From: Antedon mediterranea
Lineage: Eukaryota; Animalia; Echinodermata
Assembly (NCBI RefSeq): GCF_964355755.1
Contig: NC_092676.1
Span: 11,137,888-11,201,887, forward strand
Length of the DNA stretch: 64,000 nucleotides
Direction of reading: 5' to 3'
In this document: one piece after another, positions 62,090 to 64,000 of the stretch
Numbering within the stretch: position 1 is the first letter of the stretch
How the letters are laid out: each line of letters starts with the position of its first letter
Translations under genes and position numbers: made by a program
Notes under the pieces: generated by a model
Seen by the model: the letters and a program-made list of their open reading frames with translations, nothing else
What the model was told of the DNA's origin: nothing
The model's database searches: none

Positions 62090-63751
62090 CAGGGGTGGCG
62101 CCAGGATCTTTCCGACGCGGGGACTACATTCCCCGACAAGGGGGCTATGCGAGCATCACTAGGCTGGGGGCCAGGGGGCCGCCAAGGGCCCCCGGTGTGG
62201 GTCCAGGGGGCGAAGCCCCCGGAAGCAACGCGTTCTAGCGTCATTAATTTGAGGTCATTTTAATCAGATTTAGGGTAGCCATTTTTTCCATTTTTTATAA
62301 TGCATAAATAAAAAACTGCGTGCAAAAAAAACGATGCGCGATGACTGTTTCAATCCATATTTTTCAATTTAAAAAATAAAAGTTCAAAGAAAATTTAGAA
62401 AAATAGAGTTGGAGGTCCCGGAAATTGGACTTATTAGCCCCAACAATAAAGCTGGTCATATTTCGAAGTACAAGATGTGCATTTTCCGGGACCTAATTCA
62501 TCTTTATTTTTCAAACATTTCTTAGCTCAGTCACAACAATGATAGGGACTTATATATTTTGTTTCATGTTTTGAAGTATAATTTATACTGTTTAAAAATG
62601 TTTAAAACTAGACCTGCAGGTCTTCAAAAAATTGCATTTTATACTTTGGAAACATCAGGCCTAGAGGCTTAAAAAACGCAAGCGTAGACCTTTTTCAGTC
62701 GGGGAAATAAGTTTTTTCCTCCCAAGTGTATGCGTGCGTACCATCTGGACTTCCGAGTGGTGAGAAATTCATGACATACAGGACATTGAAAATGTAATAA
62801 CTTAGCTATAATCAGATGTTGGCTAAGCGAAAATGGCATGTTTTTTTGTTTAGTAATGGTTGAAAAATGTATTACCCCACGGTACAGAAGGTTACTTGTA
62901 AATTAAAAAATTGGTGAACATACGAACAATTAACATAATTCGTTTTTGCTGTAGTGTAGCGTACGTCGACGCAGTACACGACGTAACCGTCAGTAAACTT
63001 CGCCTGGAAAATAACTACACATTTTGGTCCCTGGATGGAACATGATATCACGCGTCTCGACCCAACGTTGAACGATTCGTACAAAGGGATACCGCCAGAC
63101 AAGTGCGCACCTAGCTATTGTTTAGAAGTAAGTTAGATCGCTGGCAATAATGAATGCATATAAAGTGCATAATATCACTCTGACGTACTCTCACGGTCAA
63201 TGGAACGTCGCGGTTTTCTAGGCGCTGAAGCTAGCTACGAAGTGAACGCGAACGCTTTTTACTGTATATTATATTCCCCGACAAAAAGTACCCGTGTTCC
63301 CTTCGGTAACCGTCGGTAAACTTCGCCTGGAAAATAACTACATTACACATTTTGGTCCCTGGATGGAACTTGATATCACGCGTCTCGACCCAATGTTGAA
63401 CGATTCGTTCAAAGGGATACCGCTAGACAAGTGCGTACCTAGCTAATGTTTAGTAGTAAGTTAAATCGCTGGCAATAAATGAATGCATAACACTTTTATG
63501 CATTCATTTATTGCCAGCGATAAAAGTGCATAAATAGCCCTCTGACGTACTGTACTCTCACGGTCAATGGAACGTCGTGGTTTTCTAGGCGCTGAAGCTA
63601 TATGAAGTGAACGCGAACGTTTTTTACTGTATATTTTATTCCCCGACAAAAAGTACCCGTGTTCCCCGACGGAGGGGGGGGGGCTAGGCTCCCCGACGAG
63701 GGGGCTAGAGCCCCCGTAGCCCCCCCCCCCCCCCCGCTGGCGCCACCACTG
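62090..63751. mobile_element. hAT-like MITE
   Basis: TIR CAGGGGTGGCGCCAG / CTGGCGCCACCACTG (14/15), GC-rich subterminal palindromes, internal tandem duplication (62985-63300 / 63307-63665). The 8-bp TSD is not preserved. Confidence 0.68.
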
Positions 63752-64000
63752 GGGCTACAGTATACTATATAGGGCCTAGGCTGGCTAGCTAGCACGGCTT
63801 CATAGACGGTGACCAGGCACCACCTAAAACTAACTGTAAACATCGAGGTCGCATTTGGATATTCGAAATTGTTAACATAATTACATTAACGGTAGGTGAT
63901 TCATAAATGTTTATGAATTGTACACAAATATTAACGAAAACGAAGGCTTATTATTATTCGAAGGCTCGCTCGCTGTTGGTATTTTTTCCGTTGAATTACC

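Overview
AT-rich eukaryotic window, probably from a marine invertebrate such as an echinoderm (inferred from the TE repertoire). It consists almost entirely of nested transposable elements; I found no recognisable host gene, functional rRNA/tRNA gene or CRISPR array. It contains three Ty3/Gypsy LTR elements: a truncated gag-only copy, a Gmr1-type copy (INT before RT) carrying four nested insertions, and a young, apparently intact 8.5-kb copy whose RT reads HHDD instead of YxDD. Also present are a 5'-truncated Penelope-like element and a second PLE fragment, each with a minimal hammerhead ribozyme; RTE, CR1 and L1/Tx1 LINE relics; two SINEs, one a 5S+tRNA+CORE chimera; three copies of one Helitron family; Helentron/HINE copies; and MULE-, ISL2EU-, Ginger-, Kolobok- and hAT-like non-autonomous elements. 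The most notable structures are: (i) a 13.5-kb element with 172-bp TIRs and a 7-bp TSD, carrying decayed spliced genes including a chromodomain; (ii) three 28-38-bp CATGG...CCATG palindromes with 7-bp TSDs that look like 17-nt P-element excision footprints; (iii) TA>TAGGCCTA and TA>TACAGTA/TACTGTA micro-insertions verified against paralogous copies, suggesting pervasive excision-footprint mutagenesis; (iv) a 3.85-kb fold-back Academ derivative built from two copies of the same coding end. All alignments were done by eye. Family assignments rest on motif recognition, not database searches.
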